From positions 27,465 through 91,464 of the forward strand of contig CAZKJG010000008.1 of assembly GCA_964553045.1 (NCBI GenBank): a stretch of 64,000 nt of DNA, read 5' to 3'. The stretch is from an uncultured bacterium. GTDB taxonomy: Bacteria > Fermentibacterota > Fermentibacteria > Fermentibacterales > JCC-6. The position numbers and the translations under genes are program-made. This document shows, one piece after another, positions 45,904 to 55,840 of this stretch. Within the stretch, counting starts at the first letter, position 1. Every line of letters starts with the position of its first letter. The notes under the pieces were generated by a model that did no database searches, was not told the origin of the DNA, and worked only from the letters and a program-made list of their open reading frames with translations.

Positions 45904-47157
45904 ATGACGAAGATCACCAAGTGCTCCTTCTGCAACCGGCCCGCCAGCGAGGTGGGTCGCCTGATACAGGGTCCCGGGGTAAGCATCTGCGACGACTGTG
46001 TAAGGTACTGCTTCGACCTTATCCGCGAGGAGGAGCTGGATGAGCAGGGGGAAGCTTCGAAGTTCTTCCGCAGCAAGCTCCTGCCTCCGGTCGAGATCAA
46101 GAGCAGGCTGGACGAGTACGTAGTGGGCCAGGAGCAGGCCAAGCGCGTGCTCTCCGTGGCGGTGTACAACCACTACAAGAGGCTGCGGTCGCAGACCGAG
46201 CCCGACCGGGACGTGGAGCTGGAGAAGAGCAACATCCTTCTGGTTGGCCCCACCGGCGTGGGGAAGACGCTGCTGGCGAGAACCATGGCCGAGATACTGG
46301 AGGTGCCCTTCGCCATAGCCGACGCCACCACGCTCACCGAGGCGGGCTACGTGGGCGAGGACGTGGAGAACATCCTCCTGCGGCTTCTGCAGGTCACCGA
46401 CATGGACATAGAGACGGCGCAGAAGGGCATCATCTACATAGACGAGATCGACAAGATCGCCCGCAGGTCCGAGAACCCGTCCATCACCAGGGACGTCTCG
46501 GGCGAGGGCGTACAGCAGGCGCTCCTGAAGATCATCGAGGGCACCATGGCCAGCGTTCCGCCCCAGGGAGGACGGAAGCACCCCTACCAGGAGAACATCC
46601 AGGTGGACACCTCCAACATCCTGTTCATCTGCGGCGGCGCCTTTCATGGCCTGGAGGACATAATCGAGCGCCGTATGAACCAGGGCGACCTGGGTTTCGC
46701 GGCCGCCATCAACGATCGCGTGGAGCCCGACTCCGCCAGCGTCTTCCGCCACTGCCGGCCCCAGGACCTGGTCCACTACGGCCTCATTCCCGAGCTGGTG
46801 GGAAGGCTGCCGGTGATAGTCTCCCTGGAAGACCTGGACGAGGAGGACCTGGTAAAGGTACTCACCGAGCCGCGCAACGCTCTGGTCAAGCAGTTCGAGT
46901 ACTTCTTCCGCCTGGAGGGCCTGGATCTCGTCTTCGAGCCGGGAGCCCTGGAGGCGGTGGGCCGCGAGGCCAGGAAGGCCAAGAGCGGAGCCCGCGGCCT
47001 GCGCTCCATGCTGGAGCGAATACTGCTGGAGCCCATGTACAGCCTGCCGTCCCGCAAGCTGAAGCCCGGAAGCCTCCTGGTGTCGCCCGACTGCGTGGAG
47101 GGTGACGCGGAGGTCCGCTACGTTCCCGACGAGGAGGTGGAGGAGGGGGTCGGATAG
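45904..47157 (+). CDS. clpX: ATP-dependent Clp protease ATP-binding subunit ClpX
   Basis: Zn-finger [11 protein letters not shown]...CDDC; Walker A GPTGVGKT. Confidence 0.96.
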   Translation: MTKITKCSFCNRPASEVGRLIQGPGVSICDDCVRYCFDLIREEELDEQGEASKFFRSKLLPPVEIKSRLDEYVVGQEQAKRVLSVAVYNHYKRLRSQTEPDRDVELEKSNILLVGPTGVGKTLLARTMAEILEVPFAIADATTLTEAGYVGEDVENILLRLLQVTDMDIETAQKGIIYIDEIDKIARRSENPSITRDVSGEGVQQALLKIIEGTMASVPPQGGRKHPYQENIQVDTSNILFICGGAFHGLEDIIERRMNQGDLGFAAAINDRVEPDSASVFRHCRPQDLVHYGLIPELVGRLPVIVSLEDLDEEDLVKVLTEPRNALVKQFEYFFRLEGLDLVFEPGALEAVGREARKAKSGARGLRSMLERILLEPMYSLPSRKLKPGSLLVSPDCVEGDAEVRYVPDEEVEEGVG

Positions 47158-47205
47158 GCGCAGCCGCGCCTCCGGCACCTCGCGCCGCCGGACCCCGAGA
47201 CCGCT

Positions 47206-47775
47206 ATGAAGAAGCTCAGGCTGGACTTCGTGATGTCCTGCCAGGGACCGGGCGACGTACCCGACCACGGCAGGCCCGAGGTGGCCTTCGCCGGACGGTC
47301 CAATGTGGGGAAGTCCTCGCTGCTCAACGCCATATCCGCCTCCGGAAGGCCGGCCAGGACCGGCTCCACCCCCGGCTGTACGCAGTCGCTCAACCTCTAT
47401 AGGGTAAACGGGGGCGGCTTCTACCTGGTCGACCTTCCCGGCTACGGCTACGCCAAGGCGCCGAAGAAGATCAGGAACAGGTGGGTGGGCTGGATCGGCG
47501 ACTACCTGCTGGACCGCGAAGTCCTTCGGGGGGTGGTCCTCCTGGTGGACGCCCGCCATCCCGGCCTGGGGCCGGACAGGGAGATGGCCGAGCTGCTGAT
47601 GGAGATCGGAAGGCCCTACCTGCTGGCCCTGACCAAGTCGGACAAGCTGAAGCGCGGCAGGCTGAAGAGGGCTTGCGCCGAAGCCGGGCGGATGGGTCCG
47701 GTAGAGGCGGTCTCGGCGAAGACCGGGGCCGGACTGGGACAGCTTCTGGACTGGATAAGAAGCGCCGCCGGCTGA
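47206..47775 (+). CDS. engB: Ribosome biogenesis GTPase EngB/YihA
   Basis: GRSNVGKSSLLNAI; DLPGYGYA; LTKSDK. Confidence 0.88.
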   Translation: MKKLRLDFVMSCQGPGDVPDHGRPEVAFAGRSNVGKSSLLNAISASGRPARTGSTPGCTQSLNLYRVNGGGFYLVDLPGYGYAKAPKKIRNRWVGWIGDYLLDREVLRGVVLLVDARHPGLGPDREMAELLMEIGRPYLLALTKSDKLKRGRLKRACAEAGRMGPVEAVSAKTGAGLGQLLDWIRSAAG

Positions 47776-47798
47776 CGGCGGCGCCGGGAGGGGAACAG

Positions 47799-49079
47799 AT
47801 GCCATTTACCATTCTGACCGGCCTCCAGTGGGGGGACGAGGGCAAGGGCAAGATGATAGACGTCCTGGCCGCCGACGCCGACGCCGTGGCCCGGTTCTCC
47901 GGCGGGGCCAACGCCGGTCACACCGTTACGATCGGCGGCAGCAGCTTCGTTCTGCACCAGCTTCCCACCGGCCTGCTCCGCGAGGGGGTGGCCGGAATGA
48001 TCGGCTCATCCTGTGTGGTGGACCCGGTTGCGCTGATGCGGGAGCTGGGCGAGCTGGAGGGCATGGGCATGCCGGTGGGCGAACGGCTGCGCATATCCGG
48101 CAAGGTCCACCTGGTCCATCCCGCCTACAGGCTGCTGGAGAGCCGCGAGGAGGCGGCGCGGGGCGATGCCGCCATAGGCACCACCGGAAGGGCCATTGGC
48201 CCCACCTACGCGGCCAAGTTCGGCCGCCGGGGACTCAGGCTGGAGGATGCCGCGCACGTGTCCGGCTTCGAGGAGATGGCCTTTGGGTCCGCCCGCGGCA
48301 CCGCGGACCGGTTGGACCTCGACGATGAGCGCCGCTGTCGGCTGATGGATGACACCGGGGAGTTCGTCTCGCTTTCGTCCGACCTGGTCAGCCTCTCCGG
48401 TGACGTCTCGCTGGCGGCGAACGGAATACTCGACCGCGACGGGATGCTGTTCGGCGAGGGGGCCCAGGGGAGCATGCTGGACCCCGATCACGGCACCTAT
48501 CCCTACGTCACCTGCGGGTCCTGCGTCTCCGGTGCGGCCTGTCTCAGCCTGGGAGTGGGGCCCGGCCGAGTGGACGAGGTGGTGGGAGTGGCCAAGGCCT
48601 ACTCCACCAGGGTCGGCTCCGGGCCGTTTCCCACCGAGCTCGAGGGCCAGACCGGCGACAGCATAAGGGAGCGGGGCCACGAGTACGGGGCCACCACGGG
48701 CCGGCCCAGGCGATGCGGCTGGCTGGACGGGGTCCTTCTGCGGTACACGACCCGGCTCAACGGCTGCAGCTGGATCGCGCTTACCCTGCTGGACGTGCTC
48801 TCGGGCATGGAGGATCTGAAGGTTTGCAGGCGGTACGAGCTGGACCCGGAGGTGGAGGCCCCCATCTTCGAGACCGGCCGCAGGCTGGACTGCCACACCC
48901 CGGTCTACGAGACACTGCCCGGGTGGAGCGAAGACATCTCCGGGGAGACCGAGTGGAGCCGTCTGCCTCCCGAGGCCCGGGGCTACGTGGAGTACGTGGA
49001 GAAGCTGGTTGGCGTTCCGGTCCGGGCGGTTTCCACCGGCCCAGGCCGCGGCCAGATCATCTGGCGGGATGTCGGCTGA
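47799..49079 (+). CDS. purA: Adenylosuccinate synthetase
   Basis: MPFTILTGLQWGDEGKGKMIDVLA...GANAGHTV...GTTGRAIGPTY. Confidence 0.95.
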   Translation: MPFTILTGLQWGDEGKGKMIDVLAADADAVARFSGGANAGHTVTIGGSSFVLHQLPTGLLREGVAGMIGSSCVVDPVALMRELGELEGMGMPVGERLRISGKVHLVHPAYRLLESREEAARGDAAIGTTGRAIGPTYAAKFGRRGLRLEDAAHVSGFEEMAFGSARGTADRLDLDDERRCRLMDDTGEFVSLSSDLVSLSGDVSLAANGILDRDGMLFGEGAQGSMLDPDHGTYPYVTCGSCVSGAACLSLGVGPGRVDEVVGVAKAYSTRVGSGPFPTELEGQTGDSIRERGHEYGATTGRPRRCGWLDGVLLRYTTRLNGCSWIALTLLDVLSGMEDLKVCRRYELDPEVEAPIFETGRRLDCHTPVYETLPGWSEDISGETEWSRLPPEARGYVEYVEKLVGVPVRAVSTGPGRGQIIWRDVG

Positions 49080-50457
49080 CTTGAGCGGCGGCTCCGTGGT
49101 GCCCGTATTCGATACCCACTGTCATCTCGAATACCCCGACCTTGCCGAACGCGCCGGGGAGGTGGTCCTGCGCGCCGGCGAGGCCGGCGTGAAAGGCATG
49201 CTCACGCTGGGCAGCACGGTCGAGAGCAGCCGGGCGGCCCTGAAGCTGGCGGGAAGGTTCGGCCCTGTGTACGCGGCCGCCGGCGTCCATCCCAACCAGA
49301 CCGGGGACCTCGACCCTGCCGCCGAGCTGCCCTCCATCTACAGGATGCTGCTGGAGCCCGGCGTAATCGCTGTGGGGGAGACGGGCCTGGACCTGCACCA
49401 TCGGCGGGTGCCCCTCGAGGTGCAGGCCGAATGGCTGGCCGGGCACGCCGAGATGGCCTATGCGCTGAACCTTCCGCTGGTGGTTCACTCCCGGTCGGCC
49501 GAACGCCAGTGCCTGGAAGTGCTTCCCGAGTCGCCCCGCTTCCCGGTGGTGATGCACTGCTACACCGGGCCTGACCGGGTGGCCCTGGAGGGAGCGGAGC
49601 GGGGGTACTGGACAGGCTTCGCCGGGCCGGTGACCTTCAAGTCCAACCGCCGGCTGCGAGAGCTGGCCCGCCGCCTTCCCCCGAAGAGCCTGGTGGTGGA
49701 GACCGACTCCCCCTTCCTGGCCCCCAGTCCCCACCGGGGAGAGCGAAACGAGCCCGCCCTGGTGGTCCATACCGCGCGGGCGGCGGCGGAGGCCATGGAC
49801 ATGCCGGCGAAGAGGGCGCTGGGGGCGTTGTGGGACAACTCGCTGCGCCTTCTGGGGCTGGATGAGCACGCCAGGACCGATCCGCTGTACATACTGGGGG
49901 AGAACATCTACGTGAACGTAACCGGCCGCTGCGACAACGACTGCAGGTTCTGCGTCCGCAGGCAGACCCCCGGGCTGGGGGGATACCATCTGAGGCACCA
50001 CGGCGAGTTCGAGGACGCCCGGCTGGAGAGGGCGGTGAAGCTGCTGGACCCCACCGGCTTCCGGGATGTGGTGTTCTGCGGATACGGCGAGCCCACCCTT
50101 CGTCCCGGGCTGGTGCGCCGCCTGGCGGAGACGGTGCGCCGCCGCGGCGGGCGGACCCGTCTGAACACCAACGGGCTCTCCTCCGGCAGGATGCCCCGGG
50201 AGGGCATACTGCGCATGCTCTCGGCCTTCGACACGGTCAGCGTGAGCCTGAACGCCGCCGACCGGGAGACCTACCGGCGCATATGCAGACCCCGGGACCC
50301 GCGGGCCTGGGAGCACCTCATGGGCTTCCTGGAGATCGCGCGGGAGTCCGCGGCGGAGGTTCGCCTGACGGCGGTGGCCGGCTCCGGGGCGGACATGGGC
50401 GACTGCGCCGCAGTGGCGGAGAGGCTGGGCTTTCCCTTCCGGAAGAGGGGAGGCTGA
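49069..50457 (+). CDS. Fusion: TatD-family metal-dependent hydrolase (N) plus small radical-SAM domain (C)
   Basis: ATG overlaps purA 3' end by 11 nt. N-term: VFDTHCHL...GETGLDLHH...VVHSR...ETDSPFLAP (TatD motifs). C-term: NVTGRCDNDCRFCVRRQ (CxxxCxxC) ...FCGYGEPTL. Confidence 0.8.
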   Translation: MSADLSGGSVVPVFDTHCHLEYPDLAERAGEVVLRAGEAGVKGMLTLGSTVESSRAALKLAGRFGPVYAAAGVHPNQTGDLDPAAELPSIYRMLLEPGVIAVGETGLDLHHRRVPLEVQAEWLAGHAEMAYALNLPLVVHSRSAERQCLEVLPESPRFPVVMHCYTGPDRVALEGAERGYWTGFAGPVTFKSNRRLRELARRLPPKSLVVETDSPFLAPSPHRGERNEPALVVHTARAAAEAMDMPAKRALGALWDNSLRLLGLDEHARTDPLYILGENIYVNVTGRCDNDCRFCVRRQTPGLGGYHLRHHGEFEDARLERAVKLLDPTGFRDVVFCGYGEPTLRPGLVRRLAETVRRRGGRTRLNTNGLSSGRMPREGILRMLSAFDTVSVSLNAADRETYRRICRPRDPRAWEHLMGFLEIARESAAEVRLTAVAGSGADMGDCAAVAERLGFPFRKRGG

Positions 50458-51272
50458 TGCGGGGCGCCGAGGTGAGAAAGACCCTGAGGGAGCTGGGGCT
50501 GCGCCCCAGCCGACGCTACGGGCAGAGCTTCCTTCTTCGGGAGAACCTTGCCCGCAGGATAGCCGACGAGGCCGGCCCGGGAAGCGTCCTGGAGGTAGGC
50601 CCGGGCCTGGGTGCGCTCACGAAGCACCTCTCCAGAAGGGCCGGGAGCCTCTGCTGTGTGGAGGTCTCGCCGGTTCTGGCCGACTACCTCCGGGAACGGG
50701 AGGACCTGGAAGACGTCGAGGTGGTCACCGGGGACTTCCTGAAGACGGCCCCGTCGAACCTGCCGGGGTACCCCTTCGACGCGCTGGCGGCCAACCTCCC
50801 CTACTCCATCTCCAGCCCGGCTCTGCTTAGGCTGAACGAGCCCTGCCTGGCTGGGGTCGGCAGGGCGGTGGTGATGCTGCAGCGGGAGGTGGCCAGGCGG
50901 GTGACCGCCGGCCCCGGATGCGGCGACTACGGCAGGCTCGCGCTGGCCCTCTGGCCCCTTTTCGAGGCGGAGAGCCTCCTGGACGCGGAGCCCGGTGACT
51001 TTTATCCTCAGCCCGCTGTGCGGTCCCGCGTGCTTGTCCTCAGGCGGAGGGAAGTCCCGAGGGTGAATCCGGAGACGATGGAACGGTTCTCCTGGCTGGT
51101 TCGGGTGGGCTTCTCATCCCGCCGCAAGACCCTCCTCAACAACCTCTCCGCGGCCATGGACCGCGAAGCTGCCGCCGCCCTCCTGGAGGACATGGGCCTG
51201 CCCCGCATGGCCCGGGCGGAGGAGCTGCCACCCGAGGTGCTGGCGGCGATGGCCGAGAGGCTGAATACGTGA
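50457..51272 (+). CDS. rsmA: 16S rRNA (adenine1518/1519-N6)-dimethyltransferase RsmA/KsgA
   Basis: ATG overlaps the upstream stop (TGATG). ...RYGQSFLLRENLARRIADEA...VLEVGPGLGALT. Confidence 0.9.
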   Translation: MRGAEVRKTLRELGLRPSRRYGQSFLLRENLARRIADEAGPGSVLEVGPGLGALTKHLSRRAGSLCCVEVSPVLADYLREREDLEDVEVVTGDFLKTAPSNLPGYPFDALAANLPYSISSPALLRLNEPCLAGVGRAVVMLQREVARRVTAGPGCGDYGRLALALWPLFEAESLLDAEPGDFYPQPAVRSRVLVLRRREVPRVNPETMERFSWLVRVGFSSRRKTLLNNLSAAMDREAAAALLEDMGLPRMARAEELPPEVLAAMAERLNT

Positions 51273-53071
51273 TCCGGCGGCTGGCCATGCTCCTGCTCGT
51301 CTCGTCGGCGGCCCTGGCCGTGGACGTCAGCTACAACAACAACTACGACCAGTTCAAGCAGGAGAGCCGTCTGGACAACTCCTTCAGCTTCACCCAGAGG
51401 ATATCCCGGAAGCTCCGTTTCACGGCCACCGCCGGCTTCAACGCCCGCAGGAACGACGACCTCGAGAAGTTCGATGACGGCAGGAGCGGCGAGGCCAGCA
51501 TCAGCTATACCCCCGTTCCCGGCCTGGAGCTGAGCAGCATGATGGAGCAGTCCATGCTCAAGAACCAGCGGTACGGCGAGACCACCAGCGACGAGGACGC
51601 CGGCTCCGCCTCCGGCCAGATACGGTACTCCCCAGGCAGCTGGGTCAACATGACCGTGGAGCTGGGAAGCTACCGTCACGAGACCTGGGAGTCCAGCAGC
51701 GGCAGGACGACGCTCAACGAGGGCGCCCTGCGCAACGGGTCGGTGTCCGTGACCCGCAGACTGTTCGACCTTGTGAGCACCAACCTCAGCTACAGCAACA
51801 ACCGGTCGCTGGGCTCGGAGCGCGACAACGGGACCGACCGCATAAGCGCCAGGATCAACTACGACCTGCCCCGGAGCTTCCGGGGGGCCAGCCTGGCCTT
51901 CAGAGCCGGAGGTGCCAGCAACTACGTGGACTGGGACGACTCCTCCGCCACCGACCAGACCGGAGACTACAACTACTCCTCCACGCTGACGCTTCCCGCC
52001 CTCATGCCCTCGCTCTCGCTGAGCCTGGGCACCACCTGGCGGAACGACTTCCGCCGGCTGGAGGTGGCCGGCCATCCCGACAGCCAGAGCGTGAACGACC
52101 GCGAGGGATGGGACCGCTCGGTGAACGGCTCCCTCCGCTGGAAGGCGGCCGAAGACCTGGAGCTCACCGCCGACATTTCGCGCAACATCGGCCGTGACGA
52201 CCGGCTGCGCCAGGGCCCCGGGACCTTGCAGCTCTACGACATATGGAACGAGTCCGAGAAGAGACGGGTGAGATTCGTGCTCACCTACACGCCGGGAAAC
52301 GCCAAGGTAGAGTTCCAGCGCAACGTGGACCTGTACAGCTGGGACACCTTCGGAAAATGGTACAGCAACCTGGGCACCGAGTTCGAGGACAACAGCGACA
52401 AGGACGACCTCACGGAGGTGATCTCCCTCTATTCCGAGGTGGAGCTGAACGAGGGCCTTGAGCTCAGGGCAACGGTGCAGGGCCAGCAGAGCGAGGTGGT
52501 CTTCCTCAAGGCCGAGCAGTCTGCGAACAGCTACACATCTTCCATCTACAGCTTCGAGCCCGGGTACACGGCTGCCCTGGGGTCCGGGTGGGAGATGGAC
52601 CACGACGTGAAGCTCACCGCCGACTACACCACCTACCTCTTCCCCGAATTCTCCCAGGACGACATACTCTTCCGAAGGCTCAACTCCGATTTCAGCCTGC
52701 AGACGGTGGGAACCGACTCCACCGTTCTGGGCATCTCCCACCGGTTGAACTTCCAGGACCAGGGGAACTACGTCGGAGGTGTGTTCTACCGAAGCGAGGA
52801 GAGCGTGGAGAACAGGATAACCTTCAACACCGGCTTCCATCTCAGCAGGGGGGTGGGCGTGACTCCCAGCTACGGCTGGCAGTACAACTACCGCAACTAC
52901 CCCGGCGGAACCATAGAGAGCACCTCCGAGCACCAGCACCACGTCGGCCTGCGGACCAGCCTCGACCTGAGGGGCGGCCGCCTCTCGCTGGCCCTCACCC
53001 GCACCTTCTACACCGAGGAGGATCGGGTGAGCGACTGGCGGGCCAACGTGAGCTTCAACTACATTCTGTGA
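51269..53071 (+). CDS. Large (600 aa) predicted outer-membrane beta-barrel protein, function unknown
   Basis: GTG start overlaps the rsmA stop (GTGA). Signal peptide MIRRLAMLLLVSSAALA; highly S/T/N/Y-rich amphipathic strands; ends ...VSFNYIL. Confidence 0.6.
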   Translation: MIRRLAMLLLVSSAALAVDVSYNNNYDQFKQESRLDNSFSFTQRISRKLRFTATAGFNARRNDDLEKFDDGRSGEASISYTPVPGLELSSMMEQSMLKNQRYGETTSDEDAGSASGQIRYSPGSWVNMTVELGSYRHETWESSSGRTTLNEGALRNGSVSVTRRLFDLVSTNLSYSNNRSLGSERDNGTDRISARINYDLPRSFRGASLAFRAGGASNYVDWDDSSATDQTGDYNYSSTLTLPALMPSLSLSLGTTWRNDFRRLEVAGHPDSQSVNDREGWDRSVNGSLRWKAAEDLELTADISRNIGRDDRLRQGPGTLQLYDIWNESEKRRVRFVLTYTPGNAKVEFQRNVDLYSWDTFGKWYSNLGTEFEDNSDKDDLTEVISLYSEVELNEGLELRATVQGQQSEVVFLKAEQSANSYTSSIYSFEPGYTAALGSGWEMDHDVKLTADYTTYLFPEFSQDDILFRRLNSDFSLQTVGTDSTVLGISHRLNFQDQGNYVGGVFYRSEESVENRITFNTGFHLSRGVGVTPSYGWQYNYRNYPGGTIESTSEHQHHVGLRTSLDLRGGRLSLALTRTFYTEEDRVSDWRANVSFNYIL

Positions 53072-53082
53072 GGGGGCAGGCG

Positions 53083-53697
53083 ATGAGCGGAAGAAAGGCG
53101 GCCGCAGCACTGGCGGCCCTCGTCCTGGCGGCGGGTTGCTCCATATTCGAGCCCCGGGACCCGGAGGATCCGGACCCCTCGACCGGCTGGCAGCAGCCCT
53201 ACACCTACACCACCGTGATCGTCAACCTGGAGAACGTGCTGGAGGATCTCTCCGCCGACTACTACATGCTCTGCTTCGACACCTCCTTCGTCTTCGTGGC
53301 CGACGAGCAGGATACCTCCCAGTACAGCTGGAACTTCCAGGGCTGGGACTACATCCAGGAGCAGAATGCCATCAGCCTGATCATCGGCGAGGCCCAGGCC
53401 GATACCACCATGCCGCCGGAGAGCATCGCCAGCGTCAGCCTCTTCGAGCCTCCCGACCTTCCCGATCCCGTCGACTACGAGGACAGCATAGAGATCTACC
53501 GGCAGTACGAGATAGCCTTCGAGTCCAGCTCGCTTCCCCCGGCCCGGGGCCTGGCCTACCTGAACCTGGGCAAGCCCGCGGGCACCTCCGGCCTGTGGTC
53601 TATCTACAGGTGGGAGGACAACCGGCTGGAGGACCACGGCCCCGACGACAATACCTGGGGCGTATTCAAGGGCTTCTACCTCTTCACCAAGCGTTGA
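53083..53697 (+). CDS. Hypothetical lipoprotein immediately downstream of the large OMP
   Basis: RBS GAGGGGGCAGG; lipobox LVLAAGC; 204 aa. Confidence 0.6.
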   Translation: MSGRKAAAALAALVLAAGCSIFEPRDPEDPDPSTGWQQPYTYTTVIVNLENVLEDLSADYYMLCFDTSFVFVADEQDTSQYSWNFQGWDYIQEQNAISLIIGEAQADTTMPPESIASVSLFEPPDLPDPVDYEDSIEIYRQYEIAFESSSLPPARGLAYLNLGKPAGTSGLWSIYRWEDNRLEDHGPDDNTWGVFKGFYLFTKR

Positions 53698-54395
53698 CGA
53701 ACCCCGCCGGCACCGAGAGAGCGGTCCTGCCCGGCGGCGCGGAGGTCCTGCACGATCCCGGCGCGAGGGTCACCACGGATACGCTGCTTCTAGGCCTGTG
53801 GGCGGATCCGCCGGAGGGGGCCGTCGTATGCGAGCTGGGTTGCGGCAGCGCCGCATCGTCGGTGGTGGCCGCGCTCCGCGCCCCGGGCCGGTTCTGGCTG
53901 GGTGTGGACGTGGATTCCTCCCGGCTGCGGCTGGCGCGGCGCAACCTGGCGGGCCCGGAGGGGGCCCGGGCCGCCCTGCTGTGCTGCGACGTCCTGCGTC
54001 TTCCCTCGGTCCTTCATCGGGAATGCGCCGACATGGTCATGATGAACCCGCCCTACCACGAAGCCGGACGGGGCAGATCCAGCCCCTGCCCCTCCAGGGA
54101 GCTGGCCCGGCGGTCGGGGACGCTGGCGCTGCCGGCCTTCGTGAGGGCCGCCGCGCACCTCCTGCGGCCCGGCGGAAGGCTGGTGTGCGTCTGCGGCGCC
54201 CGGGCCCTCACCAGGCTGTTGCTGGCCTGCCGGGCCCACGGCCTGTGGCCGGGAAGGCTCCAGCCGGTGGGCCCCGCGGGGAAGCCGGCCTCGCTGGTGC
54301 TGATGGAGGCCTTCCCGGAAAGCCGCGACCCGGCGCTGCTTCCCCAGGCCGCCGGGAGGGAGCTGGTCAGTCTTCTTCTGAAGCGGGGGAGCTGA
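53694..54395 (+). CDS. Class I SAM-dependent methyltransferase with NPPY motif (TrmN6/YfiC-like)
   Basis: TTG start overlaps the lipoprotein stop (TTGA). ...VLHDPGARVTTDTLLLGLWA...CELGCGSAASS...MVMMNPPYH. Confidence 0.65.
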   Translation: MTNPAGTERAVLPGGAEVLHDPGARVTTDTLLLGLWADPPEGAVVCELGCGSAASSVVAALRAPGRFWLGVDVDSSRLRLARRNLAGPEGARAALLCCDVLRLPSVLHRECADMVMMNPPYHEAGRGRSSPCPSRELARRSGTLALPAFVRAAAHLLRPGGRLVCVCGARALTRLLLACRAHGLWPGRLQPVGPAGKPASLVLMEAFPESRDPALLPQAAGRELVSLLLKRGS

Positions 54396-54822
54396 TCCTG
54401 GGCCGGTGAAAGAGGGCGGCGGCGTATCCGGCCGAGTCGGCTTCATCGGCCTGATGAAGGGTCATCAGCAGGTGGTAGTCGCCCGCCTCGCCGGGGTAGA
54501 TGCTCAGGGTCGCGTGATCGCCCTCCGCCATCTCGGCCATCTCTCCGGTGGGGTCCTTCACCCAGAACTCCACCAGGTTGAACAGCGAGTTGGTCCAGAT
54601 GTACATGTGGTAGGAGTAGGCGGTGTCCAGGGTTACGGTCACCCCCACCGTGTCGCCGGGGCCCATGGTCCCGGAGACGGTCTCACCCACCATCTCCTCC
54701 CCCATGGCCACCAGCCTGTCCGTGGTGATGCCCAGTCTCTTGAGCGCACTCTCCTCCAGGCCGGATGCCGGCGCGACGGCGAACAGACACCAGGCAAGCA
54801 CGGCCGCTGTGCGCATATACAC
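54367..54822 (-). CDS. Small secreted hypothetical protein
   Basis: Signal peptide MRTAAVLAWCLFAVAPASG. 3' end overlaps the convergent methyltransferase gene by 29 nt. Confidence 0.45.
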   Translation of the reverse strand: MYMRTAAVLAWCLFAVAPASGLEESALKRLGITTDRLVAMGEEMVGETVSGTMGPGDTVGVTVTLDTAYSYHMYIWTNSLFNLVEFWVKDPTGEMAEMAEGDHATLSIYPGEAGDYHLLMTLHQADEADSAGYAAALFHRPRISSPASEED

Positions 54823-55036
54823 CTCCCACGGTTTCTACGCCTGCCCAGCGCCGCGGTTCCTGCCCCTCCGGGCCGGACCACCCTGTAAACTGCAACATCG
54901 TCCTCCGCCGCGCCACCGGGCCCTGTCCGGCCGGGTGCGAAATCGGGAGGCCATCCCTTATAGTAAAGGCCGAAGAAGGCTTGATTGCTCCCGAGCAGCG
55001 GCCCGCCCGGCCCCTGCTGGCTGAACGGTGGTCGAT

Positions 55037-55840
55037 ATGTCCGGCAGGGTACTGGTTACCGGAGGCGACGGTACCCTCGGCAGAGCCCTGGGAGACCTCC
55101 TTGGAGACAGGGCGGTCCTGCTGGACCTGCCCGAGCTGGACATCACCGACCCCCCCGGGGTGAGAAGGGTGGTTGGCGCGCTGGCCCCGGAGACCATCGT
55201 CAACTGCGCCGCCCTGACCGATGTTGACCTGTGCCAGCGGCGGCCCGATCTGGCCATGAGCGTCCACCGTGATGGGGTGGCCAATCTGGCGGCCACGGGT
55301 GTCAGGCTGCTCACCATCTCCTCGGACCACGTCTTCGGCGGTACGGGCCCCGAGGCCTACGTAGAGTCCTCGTCCCCGGACCCGGTGAACGAGTACGGCC
55401 GCTCGAAGCTGGCGGGAGAGGGGGTGGCCCTGGACGCTGGAGGAACGGTAGTGAGAACCTCGTGGCTCTTCGGGGGCGCAAGCGGACTGGTTCCGTTCTT
55501 CCACAGGCGGCTGCGGACGGGCAGGGAAGTAGGTGCCGTATCGGACCAGCGGGCCTGCGCCACCTGGGCCGCGGACCTCGCACGGGGAATAGTGGAACTC
55601 CTGAAAGAAGGGGTCGGCGGCGTGGTGCACATGGCCAACAGCGGTCCGGTCACTCCTCTGGAGATGGCGCGGCTTCTGAAGGCGCTATGCGGGCGGGGAA
55701 GAGTCCGCGAGGTGCGCTGGGCCGACCTGGAGCTGGACGCCCCCCGGCCCAGGTGGTCGGTTCTGGACTCCGAGCGGGGACGGATGCTCCGGCCCCTGGA
55801 GGAGGCGATAAGGGGATGGAGGACGATGGATGGACGCTGA
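55037..55840 (+). CDS. dTDP-4-dehydrorhamnose reductase-like NAD(P)-dependent reductase (RfbD family)
   Basis: MSGRVLVTGGDGTLGRAL..., NCAALTDVD, YGRSKLAGE. Confidence 0.75.
   Translation: MSGRVLVTGGDGTLGRALGDLLGDRAVLLDLPELDITDPPGVRRVVGALAPETIVNCAALTDVDLCQRRPDLAMSVHRDGVANLAATGVRLLTISSDHVFGGTGPEAYVESSSPDPVNEYGRSKLAGEGVALDAGGTVVRTSWLFGGASGLVPFFHRRLRTGREVGAVSDQRACATWAADLARGIVELLKEGVGGVVHMANSGPVTPLEMARLLKALCGRGRVREVRWADLELDAPRPRWSVLDSERGRMLRPLEEAIRGWRTMDGR

Noticed and set aside
43765-47805. 1346-aa minus-strand ORF antisense to tig-clpP-clpX
   Set aside because: It lies exactly opposite three highly conserved genes and has Arg/Gly/Ala/Pro-rich low-complexity composition. This is the typical stop-codon-poor antisense frame of GC3-rich coding DNA, with no recognisable motif.
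47481-49079. Upstream 106-aa extension of the purA ORF (47481-47798) and minus ORF 47471-47911
   Set aside because: The extension overlaps the engB coding region and is Gly/Arg/Pro-rich. Canonical purA begins at MPFTILTGLQWGDEGKGK (47799).
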